A stretch of 64,000 nucleotides of DNA from Desulfovibrionaceae bacterium (lineage in GTDB: Bacteria > Desulfobacterota > Desulfovibrionia > Desulfovibrionales > Desulfovibrionaceae). The stretch spans positions 1,767-65,766 of the forward strand of contig WSYE01000011.1 in assembly GCA_009773665.1 (NCBI GenBank). Direction: 5' to 3'. Position 1 is the first letter of the stretch. Every line of letters begins with the position of its first letter. Below the pieces are notes generated by a model, which was not told the origin of the DNA, did no database searches, and saw only the letters and a program-made list of their open reading frames with translations. Positions 29,188 to 39,479 of the stretch are shown in pieces. The position numbers were made by a program, and so were the translations under genes.

Positions 29188-29661
29188 CTATTTGCCGACG
29201 GGTGTCATCATCCGCATGATCGGCTTGAAAACGTAGCTCACGGACATGACCTTGTTGGTGTCGTCGTATTCCATCTCAACGGTCACTTCGCCAGCCGTAT
29301 AGGTGAACTGCTTGATGTTCACCTTGGGCTGGCTGGCAGGGCCGTAGTTGGAGTCGAAGTAGGTTTTGAGGGTATTGTAGGAGCTGGGACCCGACGCTGT
29401 GAACATCACCAGGCACAGCTTGCCCTTGTAGAACCCGTAGAGCTGTTCTTTCAGGGGGACGCCCTGGAAGGTGCGGTCGTCGCCGTAGCGGTTGTAGAAT
29501 TCCAGCTCGCCCTGCTTGCGGACCTGCTTCATGTGCTGGAACTCGGAGAGATCCTTCCCGAAGACCATGCCCTTGTAGTCTGCGATGAACTTGCCCTGGG
29601 CCAGGGCCAGCGTTGGTGCGGCCAGGATGAACAGCGCGAGGCACAGGATGATGCGTTTCAT
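29188..29661 (-). CDS. Hypothetical exported protein
   Basis: Sec signal peptide MKRIILCLALFILAAPTLALA; inside the ABC-paaK operon. Confidence 0.75.
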   Translation of the reverse strand: MKRIILCLALFILAAPTLALAQGKFIADYKGMVFGKDLSEFQHMKQVRKQGELEFYNRYGDDRTFQGVPLKEQLYGFYKGKLCLVMFTASGPSSYNTLKTYFDSNYGPASQPKVNIKQFTYTAGEVTVEMEYDDTNKVMSVSYVFKPIMRMMTPVGK

Positions 29662-29663
29662 GA

Positions 29664-30401
29664 TCAGGATTCCTCTTGGGATTTGTCGCGGCCCAGATAG
29701 GCCCGTTGCACGTCGCGGTTGGCCAAAAGCTCCGAGGACTGGCCCTGCAGGATGACCCGCCCGGTTTCCAGCACGTAGCCCCGATCAGCCACGGCCAGGG
29801 CACTCTTGGCGTTCTGTTCCACCAGCAGGACGGTCAGGCCGCGCTCGTCTCGAAGCTCTGTCACGCGCTTGAATATGTCGCGGCACACCGTGGGGGCCAA
29901 GCCCATGCCCGGCTCGTCCAGGAGCAGCATTTTGGGTCCGGCCATGAGGGCGCGCCCGATGGCCAGCATCTGCTGCTCTCCGCCGGAGAGCGTCCCGGCT
30001 GGCTGGCCGGAGCGTTCCCTGAGCACGGGAAACATGGCGTAGACCGACTCCAGATCGCGGTCCAGCTCGGCTCGCGGAACGCGGCCCCTGCGGGTGTAAG
30101 ACCCCAGCAGCAGGTTGTCGGTTACGCTTAAGGGCTTGAAAACCAGCCTGCGTTCGGGGACGTGCGACAGGCCAAGGCGCACGATCTTGTCCGGGGCGGC
30201 CTTGGTGATGTCCTGCCCGTCGAAGGAGACGGTCCCGGCAGAGGGGCGCAGAAGCCCGGATATGGCGGTGAGCAGGGTGGTCTTGCCAGCACCGTTGGCC
30301 CCGATAAGGGCAACGATTTCGCCCGCGTCCACATGAAGCGAGGCGCGGCGGACGGCCTGAATTTTGCCGTAGGATATGTCCAGATTGGTGAGCGTGAGCA
30401 T
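29664..30401 (-). CDS. Liv-type ABC transporter ATP-binding subunit (LivF-like)
   Basis: GANGAGKTT, LSGGEQQMLAIGRAL, LLDEP, VEQN. Confidence 0.93.
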   Translation of the reverse strand: MLTLTNLDISYGKIQAVRRASLHVDAGEIVALIGANGAGKTTLLTAISGLLRPSAGTVSFDGQDITKAAPDKIVRLGLSHVPERRLVFKPLSVTDNLLLGSYTRRGRVPRAELDRDLESVYAMFPVLRERSGQPAGTLSGGEQQMLAIGRALMAGPKMLLLDEPGMGLAPTVCRDIFKRVTELRDERGLTVLLVEQNAKSALAVADRGYVLETGRVILQGQSSELLANRDVQRAYLGRDKSQEES

Positions 30402-30466
30402 CGGATTCGTGTTTCTCGGTTTCAGCTACCGCATACGCCGGGAGGTGTCGAGGGTGCGCGCGGGGA

Positions 30467-31231
30467 TCAGTCCTCGCCCAGGTAGGCCGCCACCACGTCG
30501 GGGTTGTCCTGGATCTCTTTGGGCGTCCCTTCGGCCAGGACGCTGCCGAAATGCAGCACGGTGATGCGGTCGGAGATGTCCATGACCAGTTCCATGTCGT
30601 GCTCCACCAGGGCCACCCCGATGTGCAGTTCGTCGCGGATGCGGCGGATGATGGTCCCGAGCCCTGCGGTCTCCTTGTTGTTCATGCCAGCGGCGGGCTC
30701 GTCCAGCAGGAGGAGCCTGGGGCCGGAGGCCATGGCCCGGGCCAGCTCCAGCAGGCGCTGTTCGCCGTAGGGCAGGTCGGAGGCCAGGGCGTCGCGGCGC
30801 TCGGCCAGCCCCACGAATTCGAGCTTCTCCATGGCCAGCTCCCGCAGGCGCTTTTCCTCACGCGTGAAGCGCGGGGTGTGCAGCAGGCTGTCCAGCATGG
30901 AGTATCCGGCCTTCATGTGCGCGCCGGTCATGACGTTTTCCAGGGCGGTCATGTTGGAGAATATTTCCAGGTTCTGGAAGGTACGCACCACCCCGGCCTG
31001 CGCCCGCAGGTGGATAGGCAGGCCGGAGAGGTCCTGCCCGGCCAGGCGCACCGTGCCTCCCGTGGGCGTCACCGCGCCGCTGACCACGCCAAGCAGCGTG
31101 GTCTTGCCCGCGCCGTTGGGGCCGATAAGCGAGGTAATGTCGCCCTGGCGCACGGTAAGAGCCGCCTCGGACAATGCCTGGACGCCGCCGAAGCGCACAG
31201 ACACGTTCCTGACTTCCAGAAGATCAGCCAC
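30467..31231 (-). CDS. Liv-type ABC transporter ATP-binding subunit (LivG-like)
   Basis: GPNGAGKTT, RTFQN, LPYGEQRLLELARA, DEPAAG, VEHDM. Confidence 0.93.
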   Translation of the reverse strand: MADLLEVRNVSVRFGGVQALSEAALTVRQGDITSLIGPNGAGKTTLLGVVSGAVTPTGGTVRLAGQDLSGLPIHLRAQAGVVRTFQNLEIFSNMTALENVMTGAHMKAGYSMLDSLLHTPRFTREEKRLRELAMEKLEFVGLAERRDALASDLPYGEQRLLELARAMASGPRLLLLDEPAAGMNNKETAGLGTIIRRIRDELHIGVALVEHDMELVMDISDRITVLHFGSVLAEGTPKEIQDNPDVVAAYLGED

Positions 31232-32180
31232 GACGGACGCCCGCCTTCAGTTTGCGCGCGATGGCCTGCGCGCCGCCTGCCAGGCCGCTTGGCATGAACA
31301 TCATGCAGGCGATCAAAAGGCCGCCGTAGATGAGGATGTCCACTTCCTCGAACATACGCAGGAACTCCGGCAGCGAGGTCAAAAAGAAAGCCCCGGCCAC
31401 CGCGCCCCAGATGCTGGCCATGCCGCCAAGAACGACCATGGTCAGAAGCTGCACGGAGAAATGGAAGCCGAAGGAGGAGGGGGCCACAAAGGTCAGGTGA
31501 TGGGCGTAGAGCGTCCCGGCCACGCCCGCGTACACGGCGGAGAGCACGAACACGAAGCGCTTGTGCCGGGCGATGTCGATGCCCATGGCCTGGGCTGCGG
31601 ACTCGCTGACGTGGATGGCGCGAAGCGCCCGGCCCGTGCGCGAACCGATCACCCGGCGCGACACCAGCGTAGCCACCCAAAGCACGGCGGCAGACAGGAA
31701 ATAGTAGGCCTTGTCCGAGGTGAACGTGAAGCCCGCGATCTTCAGGCGCGGAATGCCCACGAACCCCGAGGGGCCGCCGGTCAGGCCCACGGCCTCGTTG
31801 AACACGATGGATACGATGATGCCGAAGCCGAGCGTGGCCATGGCCAGATAGTTCCCGTGGAGTTTCAGCGTCGGCACGGCCAGGAGCCAGGCTACGGCCG
31901 CTGACACGGCCACGCCCGCCAACATGCCCACGGGGATGGGCAGGCCAAGCGTTGCGGTGCTGATGGCCGTGGTGTAGGCGGCCAGCCCGAAGAAGGCTGC
32001 ATGTCCCAGCGACACCTGCCCGGCATAGCCCATCAGCAGGTTCAGCCCCATGACGATCAGGGCGTTGAAACAGCACAGGATGAGCACGTTGATGTAGTAA
32101 TCGTTGGGCAGCGCCAGAGGGGCCAGCCCCAGGGCGGCGGCAAAGGCCAGCAGGCCGAAATTCTTTCTGAAGAGGCCCAC
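31224..32180 (-). CDS. Liv-type ABC permease (LivM-like)
   Basis: LNLLMGYAGQVSLGHAAFFG, YLAMATLGF, MVVLGG; GTG start at 32180. Confidence 0.9.
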   Translation of the reverse strand: MGLFRKNFGLLAFAAALGLAPLALPNDYYINVLILCCFNALIVMGLNLLMGYAGQVSLGHAAFFGLAAYTTAISTATLGLPIPVGMLAGVAVSAAVAWLLAVPTLKLHGNYLAMATLGFGIIVSIVFNEAVGLTGGPSGFVGIPRLKIAGFTFTSDKAYYFLSAAVLWVATLVSRRVIGSRTGRALRAIHVSESAAQAMGIDIARHKRFVFVLSAVYAGVAGTLYAHHLTFVAPSSFGFHFSVQLLTMVVLGGMASIWGAVAGAFFLTSLPEFLRMFEEVDILIYGGLLIACMMFMPSGLAGGAQAIARKLKAGVRRG

Positions 32181-32182
32181 GG

Positions 32183-33058
32183 CTACACCCGGTCGGACTT
32201 GGGGCCGCCGAACAGGCCGGTGGGTTTGACGAACAGGAGCGCCAGCAGCACGATGAAGGCGAAGGCGTCCTTGTAGGCCGAGGACACGAAGCCAGCGCCG
32301 AAGGACTCCAGCACGCCCAGGATCAAGCCGCCGGCGGCAGCGCCGAAGGGGTTGCCCAGGCCGCCCAGGATGCAGGCCGCGAAGCCCTTCAGGCCGAGCA
32401 TCACGCCCACGTCGTAGGAGGTCAGGGTGATGGGCGTGAGGATCGCGCCGCCGACGGCTCCCAGGAAGCCCGACAGGCCGAACGACAGCATGGCCATGCG
32501 GTCCACAGAGATGCCCATGAGGGCGGCGGCCTTCTGTTCGCAGGCGCAGGCCAGCATGGCCTTGCCGTGGATGGTCCGGCTGAAGAAGAGCTTCAGCGCC
32601 ACCAGCAGCAGCAGGGTGATGAGCAGCACCCACAGGCTCTGGGGCTGCACCGCCGCGCCCAGGATGGCCAGCGGGGCCGAGCCCGAGAAGGGCGGCAGGG
32701 CGAAGGTGTCCTTGCCCCAGATCAGCATCACCGCGCCGCGCAGCAGGATGGAGATGCCGATGGTGATGATGACCAGGTTCACCGGGGCGGTGCGGCCCAC
32801 GGGGCGGATCACGCCGCGCTCGATGAGGCAGCCCACCAGGGCTGTGACGGCCACGGCCAGCATGATGGCCACGGGCAGCGGCGCCCCGGCCTTCTGGAGG
32901 ACCACGGCGAGCATGCCGCCGAGCATCACGAACTCGCCCTGGGCGAAGTTGATGATGCCGGTGGTGTTGAAGATCATGGTGAAGCCGAGGGCCGTAAGGC
33001 CGTAGGTGGCTCCCACCGTGAGGCCGGAGATGAGGTATTGAGGCGCGCCTGCGAACAT
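32183..33058 (-). CDS. Liv-type ABC permease (LivH-like)
   Basis: YGLTALGF..INFAQGE, KGFAACILGGLG. Confidence 0.92.
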   Translation of the reverse strand: MFAGAPQYLISGLTVGATYGLTALGFTMIFNTTGIINFAQGEFVMLGGMLAVVLQKAGAPLPVAIMLAVAVTALVGCLIERGVIRPVGRTAPVNLVIITIGISILLRGAVMLIWGKDTFALPPFSGSAPLAILGAAVQPQSLWVLLITLLLLVALKLFFSRTIHGKAMLACACEQKAAALMGISVDRMAMLSFGLSGFLGAVGGAILTPITLTSYDVGVMLGLKGFAACILGGLGNPFGAAAGGLILGVLESFGAGFVSSAYKDAFAFIVLLALLFVKPTGLFGGPKSDRV

Positions 33059-33088
33059 AAAAAAATGGCCGGAGGGTTAGCCCCGGCC
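33059..33088 (-). terminator. Intra-operon hairpin/attenuating terminator between binding-protein and permease genes
   Basis: GGCCGG...CCGGCC stem with an A run (U-tract on the minus strand). Confidence 0.5.
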
Positions 33089-33093
33089 TCCCA

Positions 33094-34230
33094 TTACTTC
33101 AGTATTTTCCAATCTCCGCCCTGAATGACGACCATCTCGAAGGCGTTTGCGTCCAGTCCGTTGTGGTCCTTGTCCGTGAAGGAGAACACGCCGCCGATTC
33201 CGGGGAACGCGGTGATCTTCTCCAGCGCGTCGCGGATGGCGGCGGGCTTGTCCGACCCTGCGGTTTCCACGGCCTTGGCCACCAGCTTCAGGCCGTCCCA
33301 GCCGTGGCCGCCGAACGGCGACACGTCGCCCTTGAACTTGTCCTTGTACTGGCTGGTGTAGGCCAGAAGCAGAACCTTCTGGGGCTGGGAGTCCGGCAGC
33401 TGCGAGGCCACGATCAGGTGTCCGGCGGGCAGCATCAGGCCCTCGGCGGACTCGCCCGCCAGCTCGATGAACTTGCGCGAGGCCACGCCGTGGCTCATGT
33501 ACAGGGGCGTCTTCATGCCAAGCTGCGCGCGGTTGCGGGCCACGACCGCAGGGCCGGGGTTGGTGCCCCAGCAGATGATGGCGTCGGGTGCGGCGTCTTT
33601 CAGCTTGGTGAGCTGGGCGGTCATGTCCGTGTCCTTGGGGCCGTAGACCTCGTCGGCGGTCAGGGTGAAGCCCATGGCCGGGACCAGTTCTTTCAGCACC
33701 TCGCGTCCGGCCTGGCCGAAGCCGTCGGACACGGTGAGGATGGCGATCTTCTTGTAGCCCTTGGCCTGGGCGTGCTTCAGGATGCGGCCCACGGCGTGGC
33801 GGTCGGAGGGGGCCACCTTGAACACCCAGGGGTTCACCGGGTTCACGATCTTCTCGGCGGCGGACATGGACACCAGCGGCACCTGCGCCGCCGGGAACTT
33901 GTTCATGATGGCCAGGGTGGAGCCGGAGGTGGTGGCCCCGATCACGGCGGCGACCTGATCCTTCTTGATGAGCTTTTCGGCGGCCAGCACGGCCTTGTTC
34001 ACGTCGGATTCGTCGTCGTACAGGATGAGCTCAACGGGGCGCCCCAGCAGACCGCCCTTGGCGTTCAGCTCGTCCCGGATCATTTCCAGGGTGTTCTTTT
34101 CCGGTTCGCCCAGAAAGGAGGCGGGACCGGTGACGGACACCACCGCGCCGATCTTGATCGGCTCGGCGGCCAGGGACTGTCCGGCACACAGGACCAACGC
34201 GGCGACGACGCTCAGCAGACGAAGCATCAT
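33094..34230 (-). CDS. ABC substrate-binding protein (Peripla_BP_6/LivJ-like), copy 2
   Basis: Signal peptide, IKIGAV.SVTGPASFLG.PE; close paralog of 34253..35386. Confidence 0.92.
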   Translation of the reverse strand: MMLRLLSVVAALVLCAGQSLAAEPIKIGAVVSVTGPASFLGEPEKNTLEMIRDELNAKGGLLGRPVELILYDDESDVNKAVLAAEKLIKKDQVAAVIGATTSGSTLAIMNKFPAAQVPLVSMSAAEKIVNPVNPWVFKVAPSDRHAVGRILKHAQAKGYKKIAILTVSDGFGQAGREVLKELVPAMGFTLTADEVYGPKDTDMTAQLTKLKDAAPDAIICWGTNPGPAVVARNRAQLGMKTPLYMSHGVASRKFIELAGESAEGLMLPAGHLIVASQLPDSQPQKVLLLAYTSQYKDKFKGDVSPFGGHGWDGLKLVAKAVETAGSDKPAAIRDALEKITAFPGIGGVFSFTDKDHNGLDANAFEMVVIQGGDWKILK

Positions 34231-34252
34231 GAGCTTACCCCTTCTTTGCAGG

Positions 34253-35386
34253 CTATTTCATCAGGACGAACTTGCCGCCCTCGATCTTGACCATGGCGAA
34301 GCTGGATTCGTCCAACCCGTTGTGATCCTTCTCGGTGAAGGTGAACACTCCGGTGGCGCTCTGGAAACCTTTGACCTTCTCCAGGCCGTCGCGCAAGCCC
34401 TGAGGCGTGGAATTCCCCGATATTTTCGCCGCTTCATTCAAAAGCATCAGGGCGTCCCAGGCGTAACCGCCGAAAGCCGAGGGGGGCGTGCCGAACTTCT
34501 TGGAGTATTCGGCGCGGTAGGTGGTGAGCAGCGTCTTGAAGGGGCCGTCGGGCATCTGGTCGGCCACGATGAGCCAGCTGGCGGGCAGGATGATGCCCTC
34601 GGCGGACTGCTTGGCCAGATCGATGAACTTGTCGGAGGCCACGCCGTGGCTCATGTACAAAGGCGTCTTCATGCCGAGCTGCATGCGGTTCATGGCCACC
34701 ACGGCCGGGCCGGGGTTGGTTCCCCAGCAGATGACCGCCTGGGGGCCGCTGCCCGCGATCTTGGTCAGCTGGGCGGTCATGTCGGTGTCCTTGGGGCCAA
34801 AAACCTCGTCGGCGGAGAGTTCCATGCCCGCTGTGGGGATCATTTCCTTGAGCACCTCGCGTCCGGCCTGGCCGAAGCCGTCGGACACGGTGAGGATGGC
34901 GATCTTCTTGTAGCCCTGGGCCTTGGCGTGAGCCAGGATCTTGCCCACGGCCAGGCGGTCGGACTGGGGAGTCTTGAAAACCCAGGGGTTCACCGGGTTC
35001 ACGATCTTCTCAGCGGCAGACATGGACACCAGCGGAGCCTTGGCGTCAGCCACCTTGCCCATGATGGCCAGGGTGTTTCCGGAGGTGGTGGGGCCGACCA
35101 CGGCGGCCACCTGGTCCTTCTTGAGGAGCTTCTCGGTGGCCAGCACGGCCTTGTTCACGTCGGTCTCGTCATCGTAGATGATGACCTCGACCTTCTTTCC
35201 GCCGATGCCGCCCTGGGCGTTCAGCTGGTCCTGGAGCAGGAGCAGGGTGTTCTTCTCCGGCTCGCCCAGAAAGGAGGCGGGGCCGGTGACGGACAGGACC
35301 GCGCCGATTTTGACGGTGTCAGCCGCCAGACCGGGGGAAACCGAAGACACCACGAGCATCAAGGCCGCAAGGATACGCCAAGCCAT
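34253..35386 (-). CDS. ABC substrate-binding protein (Peripla_BP_6/LivJ-like), copy 1
   Basis: Signal peptide, VKIGAVLSVTGPASFLGEPE; AGGAG RBS. Confidence 0.92.
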   Translation of the reverse strand: MAWRILAALMLVVSSVSPGLAADTVKIGAVLSVTGPASFLGEPEKNTLLLLQDQLNAQGGIGGKKVEVIIYDDETDVNKAVLATEKLLKKDQVAAVVGPTTSGNTLAIMGKVADAKAPLVSMSAAEKIVNPVNPWVFKTPQSDRLAVGKILAHAKAQGYKKIAILTVSDGFGQAGREVLKEMIPTAGMELSADEVFGPKDTDMTAQLTKIAGSGPQAVICWGTNPGPAVVAMNRMQLGMKTPLYMSHGVASDKFIDLAKQSAEGIILPASWLIVADQMPDGPFKTLLTTYRAEYSKKFGTPPSAFGGYAWDALMLLNEAAKISGNSTPQGLRDGLEKVKGFQSATGVFTFTEKDHNGLDESSFAMVKIEGGKFVLMK

Positions 35387-35658
35387 GGAATCAGCTCCTT
35401 AAAAGCGTTGCGGGTGGGGGCGGAGGAAGAAATAACCAAAACGTCATTTCCGCAGCTACGGTAATGGCTGAGAGAGGATAGGTCAAGGACTGCGACCTAT
35501 GGCGGGCAAGAATGTGTCGAAAATGTGACCCGTCCCACATATCCATACCAATTTGGTGTGAAATCGTGGGGGCGGACGCACCCCACAGTTCAGGGCGCAG
35601 CTATTCCTCCCGCGTCCTGATTCATTCTTTATGACGCTGCCAGGAGACGGATTTCCCT

Positions 35659-36255
35659 TTACTCTTGATCAGGCTGCTCATGCATGATTTGGACGATTTT
35701 CTTGGCGATATCCTCTGGTGAGAGTATGTAGTCAATGCATCCGCTTGCTATCGCGCTTTCGGGCATATCCGGATGCTGTGCTGTTTCGAGTTTCTGCGCG
35801 ATGGTGATGCCTCCCGCCTCTCGTATGCCGCACAGCGCTTCCGCTCCGTCACCGTCGTAGCCAGAGACAATGATGGCGATAAGCTTGCCATCCCAGTTTG
35901 CGGTCAGGGAACGCAGGAACACGGTAATCACGTCTGGCCATCCTCTGGGTTTTGAGATCGGCTTGAGGAGGAATTCTCCCTCAAGAACGTGTAAGTCCCG
36001 TTTTGGCGGGATGATGAACACATGGTTTGGCTGGATGTCTAGTTTGTCCGTAATGAGCTCAACCGGCATGGCTGTGACGTTCGGGAGGATTTCGTGGAGG
36101 TAGGTGGCCACGGTTCGCAGGTGGTTGACAATGACGATTGCCACTCCCAGGTCAGTCGGCAGATGGCGCAGGAGCCGGGTATAGGCGTCGAGGCCGCCGG
36201 CTGAACCGCCTACGCAGACGATAGGAAAATGGAGTGCGTCGCTTTTGCGTTCCAT
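35659..36255 (-). CDS. Stand-alone CheB-type methylesterase domain protein
   Basis: GGSAGG (Ser), IVNH (His), SGYDGDG (Asp), DMPESAI; no receiver domain. Confidence 0.85.
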   Translation of the reverse strand: MERKSDALHFPIVCVGGSAGGLDAYTRLLRHLPTDLGVAIVIVNHLRTVATYLHEILPNVTAMPVELITDKLDIQPNHVFIIPPKRDLHVLEGEFLLKPISKPRGWPDVITVFLRSLTANWDGKLIAIIVSGYDGDGAEALCGIREAGGITIAQKLETAQHPDMPESAIASGCIDYILSPEDIAKKIVQIMHEQPDQE

Positions 36256-36563
36256 GGGCAATCCTTCTGTTTTGTCCCTGGCAAGGTGAAGTGGAGGCCC
36301 TGTGACTGTCCTGATGCAGGGGGACACGTCATACTGTCACACATTACCATGAGAAACCATAGATGTGCAGCAATAAAGTGCGCAAGCAGAAAGCCGGGCT
36401 GGCTAGAGTGGCGTTCTCATAATACGTTCATACACTGTGTTGTTCTAACTCCAGAGAACCATTCATTATGTTCATGAAAAATATGTCCATGTGTTTCACG
36501 AACGCGACACTGGGTATCCTGCTCCATCCGGCTGTTCTCTCATTGCCTATCTGCTCCCCAGTC

Positions 36564-36827
36564 CGTCGGACTGGAGGTCTTGAAAATCCAGGGGGTCACC
36601 GGGTTCACGATCTTCTCGCGGTGGACAAAGAGGGGGGCCTGATTTTGGCCATCTTGTCCTTGATGGCCAGGGTGTTGCCGGAGGTGGCAGACTCGACCAC
36701 TGCGGCCACCTGGTCCTTCTTGATGAGCATCTCGGTGGCCAGCAGGCCCTTGTTCATGTCGGTCCCGTCATCGTAGATGATGACTTCGCCCTTCTTGCCG
36801 CTGATACCGCTCAGGCGTTCAGCTGGT
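36564..36827 (-). pseudogene. Degraded third copy of the 5' part of the ABC binding-protein gene
   Basis: Co-linear DNA similarity with ~34957..35229 (shared CACCGGGTTCACGATCTTCTC, GCGGCCACCTGGTCCTTCTTGA, GTCATCGTAGATGATGAC, GGCGTTCAGCTGGT), with indels. Confidence 0.85.
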
Positions 36828-37180
36828 GCGCGTATGCCTCGCCTGCATGGTTTATGTCCGTCGGTCCGGGGCGAAAGCTATTGCAAGGCGATGTGGATTT
36901 GGTATGATTGAAAGTGGGTTTTCATAGGGTAAGCCGTGCCAGGACTTCCTGCTCATCGTCAGGGTGCTGTTTGTCCGGCGCACGCGTATCGCGCCTCATG
37001 GCACTGGCAGCATTCGTATCACAGGATGAAGGGTGCTGTAGGAGTGCTGCGATAACCATTCTCAATGCCACATCGCGCCAGGCTTCTTGATGGAGGAATG
37101 GGAACCCAGCGGTTCAACATTGAGGCACGATGGTCCCCGGTCGTGTCAGTGGTGCTCGAATGCTTACGGAAGGTGAATTG

Positions 37181-38152
37181 ATGGTTATAAATACAGGCGA
37201 CTTTAAAACACATATCGTTAAAGAACTCCATTCAGAATTGGAGTTGTCTAAACAACGAATTGCATCTCTAAAAGAAGAGTTGCATCATGCACTTACAAAG
37301 AGTGCTCTACACGAGGCAGGGTTCAAGAAACTCGCGTTTGAATCTACTGTGAATGAATTACATTTACACAATAAAGAGTCTGACATTGCTTCGTACCGAG
37401 ATCGCGAGTTCGATTTGATTAAAGAGGTCGATAGACTGTCAAGCGAACTCGCCATGATTCAAGAAAAATTGAACACCAAAGAGGAAGTGGACCAAATAAT
37501 ACATCATGATATCAGAAGCGCACTGGTTGATTGGGTGTATGTAGCGGACTTGCTGCTTGATGCTGGTGATTTGTCGCCAAAGAGCAGGCAATTGCTTGAA
37601 GAGGGGAAAATGTCCGGAGCCAGGATGCTCAGCCTGGTTGATTTTAATTTGTCGCTTTATAAAATTGAGAATGGAGAGTTTGAACTTGAACCTGTAGCTA
37701 TCGATGCACTCGATGTTGTCAAGACAATTATAACGCAGAACAAGAGAATAATTAATCGCAAAAATATTACTTTTGTGCCTGTTGTCAGTGATCTTAAGGA
37801 AGGAGATGGTGTATTTTATGTGTATGGAAATGAAATTCTTACGTTTAATATACTAAACAACTTGATTGTTAATGCCGTTGAAGCTTCTGACGTCGACTCA
37901 GAAGTGACAGTCTCATTTGAGAAAAAAGAACACTACGCAATCACAATACACAATTCCGGGGAGGTCCCTGAACACATAAGAGACGTATTTTTCAATAAAT
38001 TCGTTTCGCATGGGAAAAAAAGGGGAACAGGGATAGGAACATACTCAGCAATGCTCATGGCCAAAGCTCAGAATGGGGATATCGTCCTGGATTGCTCAGA
38101 GCCTGGAGCGACAACTGTTATTGTCAAATTTCAAGAAATTCCAGGCGAATAG
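37181..38152 (+). CDS. Low-GC cytoplasmic sensor histidine kinase
   Basis: Coiled coil, H-box HHDIRSAL, N-box NLIVNAVEAS, G2 GTGIGTYSA; AT-rich; start uncertain (37130/37160/37181). Confidence 0.8.
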   Translation: MVINTGDFKTHIVKELHSELELSKQRIASLKEELHHALTKSALHEAGFKKLAFESTVNELHLHNKESDIASYRDREFDLIKEVDRLSSELAMIQEKLNTKEEVDQIIHHDIRSALVDWVYVADLLLDAGDLSPKSRQLLEEGKMSGARMLSLVDFNLSLYKIENGEFELEPVAIDALDVVKTIITQNKRIINRKNITFVPVVSDLKEGDGVFYVYGNEILTFNILNNLIVNAVEASDVDSEVTVSFEKKEHYAITIHNSGEVPEHIRDVFFNKFVSHGKKRGTGIGTYSAMLMAKAQNGDIVLDCSEPGATTVIVKFQEIPGE

Positions 38153-38365
38153 GAACATCCTGTCTTGTCACTTAAGCCAGGATGGCGCTGCATTTTAGCG
38201 GCGCAGCCCACCTGGAAGGGGTGGCATTCTCCGAAAGATTGGCCTACCTACACGCCCGCGCGCCCGTCCTGCGACTGACAGAGTGCTCGGCGTGCGTTTC
38301 GCACTCAATCTACCTTTACGCCCGCGCCCGCCTTGCGACCGACGCGGTGTAACGCCAGGCACACC

Positions 38366-39427
38366 ATGACTCTTCCTCATCTTTCCCCCCTTCATGTGAA
38401 GCACGCGGTCAAGACCGCCCTCGCGGCCATGACCGCCTATCTCCTTACCGTCGTCCTGAACCTGCCGCAGGGCTATTGGGCGGTCATCAGCGTTGTGCTG
38501 GTGATGCAGACCAACCTGGGCGGCTCGTTCCAGGCAGGTGTGAACCGCATCATCGGCACCGCTGTCGGGGCGCTGCTCGGCGCGCTCTGCCTGACCGTGC
38601 TCGGCTCCGGAGCCGTGGCCCTGGGGCTTGGCGTGGGCCTCACCATCGTGGTCTGCGCCTACTTCGTGCACATGCACGAGTCTTTCAGGATGGCCGGGAT
38701 GACCGCCACGATCATCATCATGCTGGGCAATCAGTCGGATTCGTACATGCACTTCGTGCTGTTCCGGTTCCTGGAGATCGGCCTGGGCGTGGCCGTGGCC
38801 CTGGCCTTCTCGGCGCTCATCTGGCCGTCGCGCGCGGGGCGCTTCCTGAAGGACGGCGTGGTGCGCGCCCTGAACGACGAGGCGGCCTACTACTCGGTGC
38901 TGCTCTCCTGCCGCATCTCGCCGGACTGCGACATGCACGACGAATCCGTGACGCGCGCCCAGCTCGAAGCCACGCGCGAGAAGAACCACGCCCTGTTGGA
39001 GGAGGCCAAGCGCGAGCCCTCGGGGCTTACGCGCTCCGAGCACATTATCGTCTCGCTGTTCAACTTCACCGAGCGCATCGCGGAGCACCTCCTGTCGATG
39101 GAGCACGCCGTGCACCACGACGACCTGGAATCGCTGCACGGCATGGTGTCCAAGGAGATGGACCTCCTGGCCCAGACCACCATCACCGCCATGATCCGGC
39201 TGTCCCTGGCCATCGGCAAGGAGCGCGACCCAGGCCCCATGGACGACCTGGGCCGCGCGGTCCACACGGCCGAGGAAGCTCTGACCCGCATCAGGCGTGA
39301 GCACGTGCTGCCCGGACAGGACCTGGAAGTGGTGATGCGTTTTTTTAGCTATTACTACAACATGCGCGAAGTGGCCGTGGAGCTGACCGGCATGGCTGAG
39401 CGGGCCGCTCTGCTTGGGGATGTGTAG
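38366..39427 (+). CDS. FUSC/aromatic acid exporter family membrane protein
   Basis: KHAVKTALAA, YWAVIS...RIIGTAVGA, RFLEIGLG..WP. Confidence 0.85.
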   Translation: MTLPHLSPLHVKHAVKTALAAMTAYLLTVVLNLPQGYWAVISVVLVMQTNLGGSFQAGVNRIIGTAVGALLGALCLTVLGSGAVALGLGVGLTIVVCAYFVHMHESFRMAGMTATIIIMLGNQSDSYMHFVLFRFLEIGLGVAVALAFSALIWPSRAGRFLKDGVVRALNDEAAYYSVLLSCRISPDCDMHDESVTRAQLEATREKNHALLEEAKREPSGLTRSEHIIVSLFNFTERIAEHLLSMEHAVHHDDLESLHGMVSKEMDLLAQTTITAMIRLSLAIGKERDPGPMDDLGRAVHTAEEALTRIRREHVLPGQDLEVVMRFFSYYYNMREVAVELTGMAERAALLGDV

Positions 39428-39479
39428 CGGGGCGCAGTCTCAGCATGGGCGTTGAGCCCCGGAGGCGGGCCGCAAAGCT

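Noticed and set aside
36468-36776. 102-aa plus-strand ORF
   Set aside because: Antisense to the degraded binding-protein fragment; no independent coding evidence
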